Part shown: one piece after another, positions 63,386-64,000 of the stretch | Layout of the letters: every line of letters begins with the position of its first letter | Numbering within the stretch: position 1 is the first letter of the stretch | From: Negaprion brevirostris | Taxonomy: Eukaryota | Direction: 5' to 3' | Assembly (NCBI GenBank): GCA_030324005.1 | Contig: JARDVH010000025.1 | Location: forward strand, 88,484,128 to 88,548,127 | Length of the DNA: 64,000 bases | Position numbers and translations under genes: made by a program | Notes under the pieces: model-generated | Database searches by the model: none | Told to the model about the DNA's origin: nothing | The model's input: the letters and a program-made list of their open reading frames with translations, nothing else

Positions 63386-64000
63386 AGGAGATACACGACC
63401 GTCAGCTTTGTTTTACCCAAATCACTATTAGCCTCTACAGCCTAAATGTTACTTGCATTGCTTTTTGATTTATTCCTTCCTGAATCCCCCATCCCTTTTT
63501 TATTAGCTTGCCACTCCAGTTATTTAATTTGCCAGGATTCTGATCCCATCTACATTTAAGTGGAGCCTCCTCTTTCCCTGGTAGTGAGGATTTGAAATTT
63601 TTGACACTACTCTTTCTACCTTCTATTGTGTTTTTCCTATGCTAATCTGTGTGTGGCATGGGGCGAGATCCTATGTATGCTTAGCCCTGTTTGCTTCAGA
63701 CCATGCAAAGACTTCATTTCAAGATATTTGTGCCCATGCAACTATGCTAACTTGACTATATGTAGAATCAGAAGGCTAAAGCTTAGCTAAAAATTGACTG
63801 ATTCCTGAATGGTACATAATGCAGGAAAATAACAGTCCTATAACAGCAGCTGCAAGAATTGTTTTTCTAAGATGGAGACAGCCTGCTGAAAAATATTTCC
63901 AATAATGAAATAATGGTTGAAATATAGTTTGCATCTTAGTGTTTGTTTTTTCAGGTTGTTTTCGATATCCGTTCGGTGCATTCAAGTTCAATACAGAGAC

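Overview
This is vertebrate genomic DNA. It is AT-rich and repeat-dense, with many N gaps; the repeat set (CR1/L2/Rex1/RTE/Tx1 LINEs, HE1-type V-SINEs, Deu-domain SINEs, Penelope hairpins, Harbinger MITEs) points to a cartilaginous fish. The window holds one clear protein-coding gene, a plus-strand 14-3-3 gene of the beta/zeta/theta type. It has a CpG/CCAAT promoter near 15.5 kb, a probable non-coding exon 1, five coding exons (16287-16623, 43167-43290, 43733-43896, 48504-48599, 49199-49240) and a 3' UTR resembling YWHAQ. Most notable observations: (1) the protein carries a 21-aa N-terminal extension that looks like a tandem duplication of its own first-helix coding sequence; (2) the 26.5-kb intron contains a decayed endogenous retrovirus whose pol resembles gamma/epsilon retroviruses but whose env resembles foamy-virus/F-type fusogens; (3) that ERV and a Harbinger remnant lie in a 6.8-kb block bounded by two young CR1 pieces that splits an older CR1, which is either a composite insertion or a misassembly; (4) two local inverted templated duplications lie upstream of the gene. 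All family comparisons are from recalled motifs, not database searches. I see no convincing new multi-gene system; most ORF-track entries are chance ORFs or repeat debris.
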